Source of the DNA: Lytechinus pictus
Taxonomy: Eukaryota
Length of the DNA stretch: 64,000 nucleotides
Assembly (NCBI RefSeq): GCF_037042905.1
Contig: NC_087247.1
Coordinates: 38,812,001-38,876,000, forward strand
Reading direction: 5' to 3'
A program made the translations under genes and the position numbers. The notes beneath the pieces are model-generated. The model was not told the DNA's origin. It worked only from the letters and a program-made list of their open reading frames with translations, and did no database searches. This document shows, piece after piece, positions 39,801 to 50,300 of the stretch (its first letter is position 1; each line of letters begins with the position of its first letter).

Positions 39801-41468
39801 ATATTGACTGGATGAAAAGTTGTTTGTATATAATTATTAGTAATTATATTCACATTCACAATGCCTAGAACATTTCGGTTGATTCATCAATAAGCATGAT
39901 AAGTTTATGCATGGTCATCGGTAAGGCTGCAAAAAACTTGGCATTTTGCCCAAACTTACTCGTGTTGAAGAAAAATGAAACGAGGTATGAATAAATTCTC
40001 TACGTGGAACTTTCCCATATACATAAAATTATGAGTCCAAAGTCCACTTATTTTGTGAGCTATAGATAGGAAACAAAAAGCGTAATGAAACAAACAATTA
40101 AATCTGGCCTCTCTCCCCCCCCCCCGCCATTAAAATATGATTAAAATAAATACAACAGTACACAGTTATATTCGGGCGTCTCCACACCTACTAAAAGAAG
40201 GATTTACATTCAAATTTATGCCTACAATTCCTGAATTTTGGAAAAAGTGAACTAGAAAATTCAGCAGATGTCGTTTCAAAAAGAAAACCATAAATAGATA
40301 TTATTTTCATGAGCCTTGACTACTGGATGTGTAAGAAAAAGGGAAATTTTTATTGCTTTTCCTTGCAAAATTGTGAAATCAGTGACAGTAACGATCTAAT
40401 CTTATTATTATTATTATTATCTTATTAGCATTCGACATTTTGAATGGAACCTTGATGTTTAAATAACACGTTTGCATCAATGAACACCATTGTTATGAAT
40501 AAAATTATATAGAAAATAATTATTGATTCATTTGAATTTAAAGCACCCTAGTGGACACAATGAAAATAAAAGGAATGAAGACAAAGTGAAATGAAATAAA
40601 CTTTAATTTAAAAATCTCACCACGACTGGTTGTATCATAATTTGTGTTTATTTTAATCAACAACATTTTTTATTATGACAAATAAAAATCTGTTCAAACA
40701 CAATATCTTTTTGAAGCAGTGTTAATGAAAGAAATGCATTCCGGGAGCGTTCATATAGCATCGACTTATAGGCCTAATCCTTGTCAATAATTAATTTTTG
40801 AGTGGTGGTGAAAAAAAACAGTACCAGGTAATCGAGTTCGTTTCTGTTTACGTACTAGAATCAATTTGCCATATCATCCTATATCCGGAGGGTAAACAGA
40901 AAGTTAATTATAGTAACAATAATGGTCCACTTATATCTTATCCTCTACTGCACTGAAGTATTATAATTAATTAATTCAAGAATTAATCCTACCGGGAAAC
41001 CATGCACACTTCACCTGGGTCGAGGGCAGCACAACATGGGTAAATATATTAAAATAAAAACGGTTAGCAAACCTTGGAAGTGGAGTCTCTCCAGGGACCA
41101 TAGAATGCATCATTAGCGACTCTGATGGCCTCCTCCATATCAGAGGCATCACCGTCGGCAACGGTTGCTATGGTGGATCCATTGGCCGGATTCGTAACTT
41201 GGTATGTTGCACCAGACTTGGCAGCCACCCACGTACCGTTGATGAAGGCCTGTTCGCGGAAAAGCGAGCTGTGGGTGGAAGACGTCGACATCTTACACCA
41301 CTGCATGTAAACCAATGAAGATCCCCGGGCGTATAACTTGGATGTGGGTGTATCGGCAATGGATATGAAACGCGCTGAATTTGATACACCGTCGTCATTT
41401 CCGCGACCAAGAAGTCTGATACGGAGAGCGCCCGCTCCTGGTAATCTACGTCCAAGTCGATGAGCCAT
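24537..41468 (-). CDS. ALDH5A1: Succinate-semialdehyde dehydrogenase, mitochondrial (canonical copy A), 9 coding exons, 548 aa
   Basis: Exons 41468-41073, 38552-38469, 38042-37872, 32275-32159, 31772-31629, 29756-29613, 26678-26523, 25518-25349, 24801-24537, all GT-AG. Arg-rich N-terminal extension. Motifs: [52 protein letters not shown]. Confidence 0.95.
25349..25518 (-). CDS. ALDH5A1: Copy A exon 8 (VEEHVQDA...[12 protein letters not shown])
   Basis: 170 nt, AG/GT boundaries. Confidence 0.92.
25801..26021. mobile_element. hAT-type MITE
   Basis: CAGG..CCTG termini; 8-bp TSD AGTATACC. Confidence 0.78.
26523..26678 (-). CDS. ALDH5A1: Copy A exon 7 (TCVCANI...KGMEK)
   Basis: 156 nt, AG/GT boundaries. 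Confidence 0.92.
27601..28193. mobile_element. Kolobok-like foldback MITE, opposite orientation
   Basis: TTAA TSD on both sides; same family as 16478. Confidence 0.85.
28830..29040 (-). mobile_element. SINE fragment (Deu/Nin-like core plus LINE-derived tail with (ATT)n)
   Basis: CACTCAACCCAGGTGAGGTGAATGGGTACCCGG core and simple-repeat tail; core remnant also at 40975-41040. Confidence 0.6.
29613..29756 (-). CDS. ALDH5A1: Copy A exon 6 (ILLKQSA...SKYRGSGQ)
   Basis: 144 nt, AG/GT boundaries. Confidence 0.92.
30365..31544. mobile_element. PIF/Harbinger-like non-autonomous element with 21-bp minisatellites
   Basis: TIR AGCCCCAGTCACATATAGA; TTA TSD; arrays at ~30588-30650 and ~31160-31425. Confidence 0.82.
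31629..31772 (-). CDS. ALDH5A1: Copy A exon 5 (LANQAGVP...[10 protein letters not shown])
   Basis: 144 nt, AG/GT boundaries. Confidence 0.92.
32159..32275 (-). CDS. ALDH5A1: Copy A exon 4 ([11 protein letters not shown]...LALCE)
   Basis: 117 nt, AG/GT boundaries. Confidence 0.92.
33223..34271. mobile_element. piggyBac-like MITE (TTAA|CCCT...AGGG|TTAA)
   Basis: TIR CCCTGTCTAGGCCGGGG / CCCCGGCCTGGATAGGG; TTAA TSD. Confidence 0.8.
33861..34131. mobile_element. Harbinger-like MITE nested in the piggyBac-like MITE
   Basis: ~45-bp perfect TIR GGCCCCGTTGTACAAAGAGTTACGATTGATCCGATCAATCGTAACT; CAG/CTG flanks. Confidence 0.8.
37872..38042 (-). CDS. ALDH5A1: Copy A exon 3 ([13 protein letters not shown]...AAMITP)
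   Basis: 171 nt, AG/GT boundaries. Confidence 0.92.
38142..38325. mobile_element. Small CACTA-type MITE
   Basis: CACAGTAAAAA / TTTTTACAGTG termini; internal GTTTAAA repeats. Confidence 0.6.
38469..38552 (-). CDS. ALDH5A1: Copy A exon 2 (ERALILRRW...TSEN)
   Basis: 84 nt, AG/GT boundaries. Confidence 0.92.
38694..39275. mobile_element. Kolobok-like foldback MITE
   Basis: Same TIRs and TTAA flanks. Confidence 0.82.
41073..41468 (-). CDS. ALDH5A1: Copy A exon 1 ([10 protein letters not shown]...WRDSTSK)
   Basis: 396 nt; presequence plus FING.W...G...V.NPA.G motif; donor GTTTG. Confidence 0.88.
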
Positions 41469-42887
41469 GATGATGGTCTGAGAAACAGTCTTCACTATGT
41501 TTGTGTGAACATGTATATCGATGTGGTGTGCTTTTTTCAAAGCAGGATTTTATCTCCCCTCTGAAAACCTTTATCGGACCTCACATTAGATGAAATTGAG
41601 GATCAAATCGTTTACCTTAAAGGACAGTCCCTAAAGAGAGAACAAACATAATAATAATATTTATCAGTATAGAGGGGGATGCCCCACGTTCTCACTGTTG
41701 CCAAACTTGATGTTTTAAAAAGAAAGCAAAGGGGAAATAAGTAGAAACTGACGAAGAGAGATCTAGCATACTCGAAGCCCGATAGAATTTTGAAAATCTT
41801 TTTTTTTCGAAAATGCTTTCGAAATTGGTTAGACCTTTGACCCTTAAAATCAAAATACGCCTCTCCTGCATGGTTAAACAGATCCGCACCTGGATACTGA
41901 GCGAGAAAGAAAGAGAGGGAGGGGTGGTAGGAACGGATTCCCGCAACTGCGCTAGTAATTATGATAATCTAAACCGATCTACACCCTAGGTTTTGAAAAT
42001 GCGGCCCGCGGGACATTGAGTGCGGCCCGGCGCCAAAAAATTCAAGTGAAAAAATTTTAATATATAAAAGGAAATAATAATGGTAATCATTGAGTATCAT
42101 CATGATCTTGGTCGCAATGACCGACATCACTCCAGATTTCCAGTGTATATCGCTAAGTCATAAGACAGGGCATGGCAAGAAATGCTCCCATTATTCTCGC
42201 CCAGATCAAGTTCAATAGTTCGGTAGTGCTATATCCAAACATAATTATATATCAAACTAATAAAGCATATTTTGCATATTTAATATGAGGGGAAGGACAA
42301 ATTACATATCCAAACTTTTCTTTTAAAAACCTGCCTTAAGTATGATTTCACTGCACTTTAGTTCTTCATCATTCTTAATTCAGTAAGTTTGAACTAATTA
42401 TCTGTTATGACTATCGGAAAACTAGAATTCGTTTCATCAACATTGTCAAGTGAAAAACAATTAATTTCTCCCTGTACATGTGGAATTACCATTGTTTAAT
42501 ACTATATGGTTCAGTCAAGTTGGTCCTTATTGTCAAATCTGTAATAAAATGAAATATTGTATAATAAAAAAAAAAAAAAAAATAGTGAGTGAGGGACATC
42601 ATCGACTGTCTCATAAGGCACTCAGTTCAGTTGTGCATAAATTATCACTGTTTTGTGAAATATAAGCGAAACTTTAAGATGTCATAACTTTCTTTTTATC
42701 CGATTTTGATGAAATTTTCAGCATTATGCTAGTTTGATTTTTCTCTATTTATTCCAATCAACATTTTTCTGGGGTGGACTTGACCTTTAAACAAATGAAG
42801 AACAGACAAGTATAAATTTAAATTATTTGGTTTGCAAGGTTAACAAGCGTGCGACGTTTTGATAGAGGGAGGGGTGTCAGTATGATA

Positions 42888-43022
42888 CAGGGGTCGCGGA
42901 ACGGTTTTCAAGGGGGGGCTGACCATGCAAAAATTCACGATCATATGGTATTTCACGTTTTTGTACACTATTTTGGAAAAAAGTGGGGGCTCAAGCCCCC
43001 CCCCCCAATTCCGCGGCCCCTG
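42888..43022. mobile_element. Short TIR MITE
   Basis: CAGGGGTCGCGGAA / TTCCGCGGCCCCTG; flanking TGATA duplication. Confidence 0.68.
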
Positions 43023-44490
43023 TGATAAGTCCTACAACTATAATATAAAGGTGAGTGAGCAAGAAATTTCTGATATACTGATCCGCCTGACGGGAAATAT
43101 TTTTAAGCACTGTTCAACATAAAATTATAGGAAATCATGAAGAATATTAGATCTAACAAAATAAAATGATGCATGCAAGAAGCACGAATATAATGTTTTG
43201 GGCGATTTGGAGTTTAGACCTAAAAGGATCATTCTGCACTTCTTGTAATCATGAACAGAATGTGTATATAATTGGAGAGTTAATTCGAAATTTGCTAAGC
43301 GCGTACTGAAAGTATTTGATATTTTGACCTGAAAAGGGGGGTATTTCAAGGACTGTTATTGCATGGAAAGTCATGAGGAGAATATACGTATTTCATGAAT
43401 TAATAAAATGCGCGTTGCTCGCACTCAAGTTCTTTGATATTTTTTCCAATTATCTCCCTCCCCTTATTTCATTCACTTTTCTTCCTCCACATTCATATTT
43501 TCTCCTTCTCATTTCATTGTACCCAGTATTTTCAATCTCTTAGCTTGAGATGGAGCTATAACCCAAATTTCTTGTGAACAATAGTGTATTCAAAACAAAC
43601 AAAAATAATGTCTAATCTGTGTCGTTCCTTGGTATATATCACGACTAATGTATACATTATGTAGGCATGCTATTTATGAAATACGGAAATAAAATATAAT
43701 TAATCAATAATATGGATACTTAATTCCTATTCGAAATACATTATAATATTAAGATCATTTTTAAGATGAATTTTCATCAGACCTACATATATAACCATTA
43801 ATATTTTATTGAATTACATGCACCATTTCTTTAATGATCTGTGTGCTCGTAACCCGATCGTTATTTCTAGTTTCCCACGCCTCTATCTTTCCCAATGTTA
43901 TAAGCCCATCAATTGGCGAACGAGCTAAGAGTACAGAGAGAATTGGTGTTGATTCATCTGCTTTTGTGCAAACAATCCGCCCGAAAACTTGGGTTACCGG
44001 CATGATGTGGGGGGGGGGGGTTACCAAAAGATGTTTGTTCATCCCAGGGGTGCCTATACTGGTTGGCGTGGGTCCACAGTCCATACTTTATTACATTATA
44101 GTAATTCCATGCATGCACCATTATCCGTCCAATAAAAGTAATAATAATTTGCCTCCATCAGAATGATCGATCTTCATCATTCTCTTTTTGCAAATTTTGT
44201 TTGAGGATGAGAAGGAGAAAAAGAAGGAGATAAAGGAGTAAAAGGAGGAGAGGAAGAATAAGAAGCTAAAGAAGAATGATGAAGCAAGAAAATAATAAGA
44301 AGGGAAAATGAGACGAAGAAGAAGACCGAGGAGGAGATAAAGGAGAAAAGGGAGAAGGAGAAGAAGAAGAATATGGAGAAATAGAAGAAAAAGAATTTGA
44401 AGAAGAAGAAGAATTAAGAAGAGGAAGAACTTGAATGAGACGTTCAATTCGCTGATTCTATTGAATCTGATCGATAAAACCAGGGGCTAA

Positions 44491-45040
44491 CCCCGGGGCC
44501 GCGGGCATTTCCATTGACGAGAGGATACCATGCGTGATCACTTTTTCAAGATATAGGGTACGTTATACGTACGTATATTACGTAATAATTAAGGGTGTCA
44601 AAAACACTAAAATAATGAAAAAAGGGTACATATATTTCGCTAGGAAAACTACGTGTTTACCGCGGTCCAATTTGCGAGGGTATAAAAAGGCTAAAATACT
44701 TTATTTTAAACTGTTTGCCTCAATCGTGTTTAGGGTCCGATTTGAACGAGGTGTGAGCTAATGGGTAAAATAAAGCCGACGTCCGTGATCACGTCCGTAT
44801 AAATGAAGATATCGTTGTACATGTAAAGGGGGTCCGGGAGGATCGATCGAGGTCAATTACCGGGGTCCATTAAGGGAATACTACCTGTCAAGGGTACCGT
44901 TTTGTTTCCAATACTTGCTAAGGGTAAGGTTTCACAGGCCTTAAGGGGTGCATTTTATGAACATGGAAAATACTTGTTTAGGGTGCTTTTCAAATTAACC
45001 CCCGCGGCCCCACCATGGTCACGCATGGTATCCACTCCAA
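44491..45040. mobile_element. Older degenerate copy of the same MITE family
   Basis: Collinear similarity to 45065-45651, including the TIR core GGATACCATGCG. Confidence 0.75.
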
Positions 45041-45064
45041 TCAGTGATGGCTAAACCACTGCAA

Positions 45065-45651
45065 CCCGGGGGGGGGGGGGGGGCCACTAACATTGGCGAG
45101 TGGATACCATGCGCGACCAAAAAAACACGTAAAAAGGATGTCTTTTTCATGATAGGGCACGTTACGTACGTAACGTAATAAGGGTGTCAAAAACACTAAA
45201 ATAATGAAAAAAGGGTATCCATTTTTGCTAGGAAAGCTACGTGTTTAGGGTCAAATTTGCGAGGGTATAAAATTAAGACTAAAATGTTTTATAAAGGATA
45301 TACTTTTTGCCCCAAGAGTCAACATTACGTGTTTAGAGTACGATTCGTGCGACTGGTGGGAGGTAGTATGATGTAGGCAAAGGTAAAACCGACGACCGAC
45401 GTCCGTGACCTAACAACTGAAATATTAGTCGCTATACTTGTTTAGGGGGTCAATTCAGGGAATAGGCCTACTTGCCAATAGTATCGCTTTGTTTCCAATA
45501 CTTGTTAAGGGTATGGTTTCACACGCCAATACTTGTTAAGGGGTGCATTTTCAGAATATGGAAAATACGTGTTTAGGGTGCTTTTCGAGACCCGGCCATG
45601 GTCGCGCATGGTATCCACTCGTCAATGGAAGTGCCCCCCCCCCCCCCCCGG
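45065..45651. mobile_element. Non-autonomous TIR element (MITE) with poly-G/C termini and 8-bp TSD
   Basis: TIR CCGG(G)n..CATTGGCGAGTGGATACCATGCGCGACC / GGTCGCGCATGGTATCCACTCGTCAATG..(C)nGG; TSD CACTGCAA at 45057-45064 and 45652-45659. Relatives at 44491-45040 and ~12400-12639. Confidence 0.85.
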
Positions 45652-45682
45652 CACTGCAAGCAAGCGGCAAGCAAGTAGGCCC
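45491..45682 (+). repeat. Left copy of the ~190-bp direct repeat flanking the retrotransposon
   Basis: Same as 54169-54357 except poly-C length (16 vs 13). Confidence 0.92.
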
Positions 45683-45697
45683 GTTGGATCGTTGACA

Positions 45698-47311
45698 TGG
45701 ATCGTTGACAAAAAGGGACTATTTCAGATGGCAAATTCCGCTTGGGATTGTATAAGTATACAACGGTCAACTGAGCTGGCCTCCGAAGAACCGATGTAAC
45801 TGTGTTTTTTCAATCTATGGAGTTAAAAGAAAAAGAGGGAAAAACATCCTCAGTTTCAAGACCATAAATGTATCACTGAATGTTACGTGGTTTACATAAC
45901 TTCCTAAATTGTCATGAACCAAATGCATATTTGACTTTACAGTCTGAATCAAATTGTTTATAAAAGATCTGAAGTCTTTGCTTTTACTTTCATGATGTCA
46001 TGTTTGCATTAATTACTTGACAAATAAATTGAATATTGCTGGTAAAAATAATCCTCTATGTCTGAACAGGTGTCTTCCTTGTTTAACTTGTTTCAGTTAG
46101 AGTTTTAGTTAAATTTCTCAATCTGAGAACTCCAAATATCCTACTTGTGACATCATGAGTAAACAAACACCTCAAATATAGCAATGGTTAACATTGAATC
46201 TCAAATGCCTACCGTAAACATGAGCCAACTGGCATCAATTATTCATAGTCAAAAATGACTGAAGCAGTTAAAAAATGATGCATCTTTGTTGCATTTAAAA
46301 TCTGCCAAAGACAAATCTAAACGTCTGAAAGAAGACTAATATTTGCATTTTCCTATCTGTGCAATTTGCACTTATAAAACAAAACATGCCAATGTTTGGT
46401 GCATAATTTATCCTTTTTTCAGAAATAATTATGTTTTTCCTAAATTTGCAAATCCTTTACTTTCACAAAACCTTACTTTTGGTTTGAGCAATATCTATTA
46501 TTAAAAATCAACTAATTCAAAGAGTGTATTTCTCACAAATTCTGAACCTAGATATTGAGCAAGAACACACATGTGTTATCTTCAATATTAATATCGACTC
46601 TTGCTTTTAAACTGTAATCTCACTATTTTTACGAAGCATGGGAATTTTGTTTGTTATTCTCATGCATACTCTTCATCTAACACAATGCCTGAAAATGTTC
46701 ATCTCATTTTCTGTTTAAAAACAAATTACTTCTTGGGCTTATGTCTGTTTATAATTTACAGACTAGTTTAAAACAAATACATTATCTTGCTTCTGTTTAT
46801 CATTTTACATGTATCATAACCCTTAGTTTATAAACTAAATGTGCAGATTCAGAATAGAAAGTGTATCTTATAACTTTTTGACTTTCAATCTTTTAATCTG
46901 TTTTGTCTTTTGCCATTACCGCACTAAAAGAAAATACAAGCATTGAACCTAGCCGCTTGCAATGGGCGCTTTAAACATGCGTTAAAACTTTCACTTGACT
47001 CGAACACTTTCCGTTCCAAATTTTCACATTTGTACATTACATAAATGGATCTTGTTTAACTCATACTTTACTCACTTTCTTGGCGGAAAGTACCAATAAC
47101 TCGAAAAGTCAGAAATGAAACCTCACGGTCTCATTTTCCTAAAAAACTACAGCGAAACAGCTCCAAACATGCTCGCTGCACATGTCGATAACTGCCTAAT
47201 TTTAACAGGCCAATTTTGCAGTCAACGTAAACTTCTAAGGTGTCTTCAAATTATGCCTTCTGAACTAAACCAAAAGAAATACATATGAAAAAATACTTGT
47301 TCAACGAAACA
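45698..47311 (-). repeat. 3' LTR (1614 bp)
   Basis: Direct repeat of 52555-54168 at constant offset 6857; no differences in spot checks. Confidence 0.95.
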
Positions 47312-47373
47312 TCCACCGCCCCAATGGGCACTTTGTTCCCATTTACATAAACATATAAACATTGAAATCAAAT

Positions 47374-50300
47374 TTAATCCTTGTAACCTTCTACAGGATA
47401 CAATACCACTATTTTTGTGACTGGTCTCCGATATTCATTATTCTTTGTCTTAACTTTAACGTTTCTTATCTTGTTGTCTGACCCTGGGTAGACGTTAACT
47501 ATCTTACCTAGTGTCCATTTTCCGCGAACGGAATTAGGATCAGACATCAAAACAATATCACCAACGCGAACATTGCGTTTCTCGACATTCCACTTTCTTC
47601 TTGGAACAAGTAGAGGAAATACGTCTCGGTTCCAAACCTTCCAGAAAGAGTTTATGATTCTCTGTACGAATTCAACTCGATGCCTCGGATTAGGCGTTTC
47701 CCGGAATGGTCCTTGTGGAACTGATGTAGATGCGCGTCCTAACAACAAGTCATTGGGCGAAAGATAGGAACCGTCATCTGGATCATTGGGCACTCTGCCA
47801 ATAGGGCGCTGATTCACTAAATTTGCGACTTCAGTCAAACAGGTAAGTAGCTCAAAGGGACGTAGGATCTGATCTCCTATTGCTTTGCGTAGCGCTATCT
47901 TGCAACTCTTCACTAGGGATTCGACGCACCCATTCTGATGTGGCGCAGATGGTGTCACAAACTTCCACTGGATTCCTCGTTCGGCACAAAACTCTCTCAG
48001 CTGAGATTCACTCCAGCCTTGTACCATAGCTCGAAGCTCCTTCTCGGCTCCCACAAACTGAGTACCATTGTCACTGTAGATGACTGCTGGGTAACCTCTG
48101 ACTGCTACAAATCTGCGAAATACTTGAAGGAACTCCATTGTTGAGCAGTCGACAGCGACATCTAGATACACTGCCCTCGTATTCAAGCACGTGAAGATCA
48201 CACCGTAATGCTTCATTGTTTTGTTTCTACCAACTCGAACCTGGTATGGACCAAAATAGTCGCACGATGTATAGTAGAACGGCGGTGTGTATGGTGCTAG
48301 ACGATGACTAGGAAGATCTGCCATAAACTGGGATTCTACTCTATGTTCTGATTTCCTGCACACCACACATTTGTACTTCACAGTCTTGGCGATCCTCTGA
48401 ACTCCCACAATCCAGTACTTCTGTCTCACTTTTGCGGCCGTGGTTGCTACCCCTTCATGACCTTGCTCGTGAAAGTAGCTAACTATGAGTGTCGAAATGT
48501 GGTGCTGATGTGGTAGCAGTACTGGGTGCCTTTCATCATATGAAACAACTCTCTCTCCTACCCTGCCGCCGACTCTGATGATTCCCTCCTTGATGTAGGG
48601 ACTGAGAGTTTTGAACTCTCCTTTCTTGTATCTATCATGTAGTTCTCTCTGTGCTCTCTTTATCCAAAGAGTCTCTGCATTCTCTAGCTCTGATGGTGAG
48701 ATTTGCTTACTATCAGAGGGCTGAATGTCAGTATCTGGTGCCTTGTTACATCTCGCCTTCAAGTTTCTGACGAATCTCTGAACATAAGCTGTAACTCTAA
48801 CAAGTTTCCTCCATCTAGAAAACTTCTTGCAGTCGATGGGTTCTGACTGAACCTCTGCTAAGGCCACCTGATGAACTTTACGCTTCTCTTTTTCTACCTC
48901 TCTGCTATCAGGAGTCTCCTCAGTACTTGGCCATCTATTCTCATGCCAGTAGAGAAATTCTGGTCCATTCTCCCATCTCTCTGTTAGCTTCTCAGGAGGG
49001 ATGCCTCGGGATATATCATCAGCAGGATTCTGCTCTCCGGGTACATGTCTCCACCAAGAAGGGTTGGAATTTGTCTGAATTTCACCCACTCTGGCAGACA
49101 CGAACGGCTTGTAGGCTCTAGCTTTACTTCGGATCCACCCAAGAACGATCATGCTGTCTGTCATGAATACAGCACTATCAAGCTCAAGAGTAAGTTCTTC
49201 TTTGATAGCTGTGTACAATCTAGTCGCCATCACTGCTGCTTGTAGTTCTAGACGTGGCAACGTTAGCTTCTTGAGAGGTGCCACTCTGGATTTGGCAGCA
49301 ATGAATCTAACATCATATTCATCATCAGTCAGTTTCCACCTGATGTAGACACATGTTCCGAAGGCTTCTTCTGATGCATCACAGAATACAACTAGCATTG
49401 GTACACCTACAGACTGTGATGGTGTTAAACTTCTCGGGAACCTCACGTCATTCAGAGCCTTCATTTCATTGAAGAGTTTATCCCATTCTGCACTTATCTC
49501 CTCTGGTAACTCGTCATCCCATCCGACTCCAATCTCCCACAGCCGTTGCATTCCTATCTTAGCTTTCACTAAGAAAGAAGCAGCAAAACCAATCGGGTCG
49601 AATACCTTAGCAATGCGACTCAAGATTCGTCTCTTCGTCCACATCACAGAGTTCTGCTTCTCACTGGGCTGAGTTAAGTTCTCTCCTTTGACTTTATAAG
49701 AGAACTCATCTTGCTGCTGGATCCACACAACTCCAAGCACCTTTTCTTCCGTCAAATTCTCTAGCAAACTTGTCTCTGTCTGGCATTCAGGAACCGTCTC
49801 CTCCTTCAGTGGGACATTTGATATCCAGCCTTTGACCTTGAAACCGCCAGTATCCAACACTTCATCCAGGTCGTGTGTGAGATTACGACCTTCCTCAACG
49901 GTAGACACTGATGTGCATATATCATCCATGTAAGTGTCCCTTTCTATTACACTTGCAGCTTCCGGATATGCACCTCTTCCTTCCTCTGCAGTGCGTCTGA
50001 GAGCTATTTGGGCCATTGCGGGGGCAGGCTTATCCCCGAATGTAACCACTTTCTTCACATATACATCTGGCTCTTGTTTCACGTTCAAGTCTCTCCAGAG
50101 ATATCTATGCACGTGTTGGTCTGCTTCTGGAATGAGGACACGGTGGTACATCTTGGATATGTCACCTAATATGGCTACAGGTCTCTCTCTGAATCTTAAC
50201 AGAACTCCAAACAGATCCTTCAGCAAATCCGGTCCCTTCATCCAGTAGTCGTTAAGACAATGACCGTGGAAACTTGAGGAAGAATTGAAAACAATTCGTA

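Noticed and set aside
44121-44447. Leu/Phe-rich membrane-like ORFs here and at 21195-21549
   Set aside because: Translations of purine/pyrimidine low-complexity tracts.
47312-47373. env-like gene in the retrotransposon
   Set aside because: Only 62 bp separate the pol stop from the 3' LTR.
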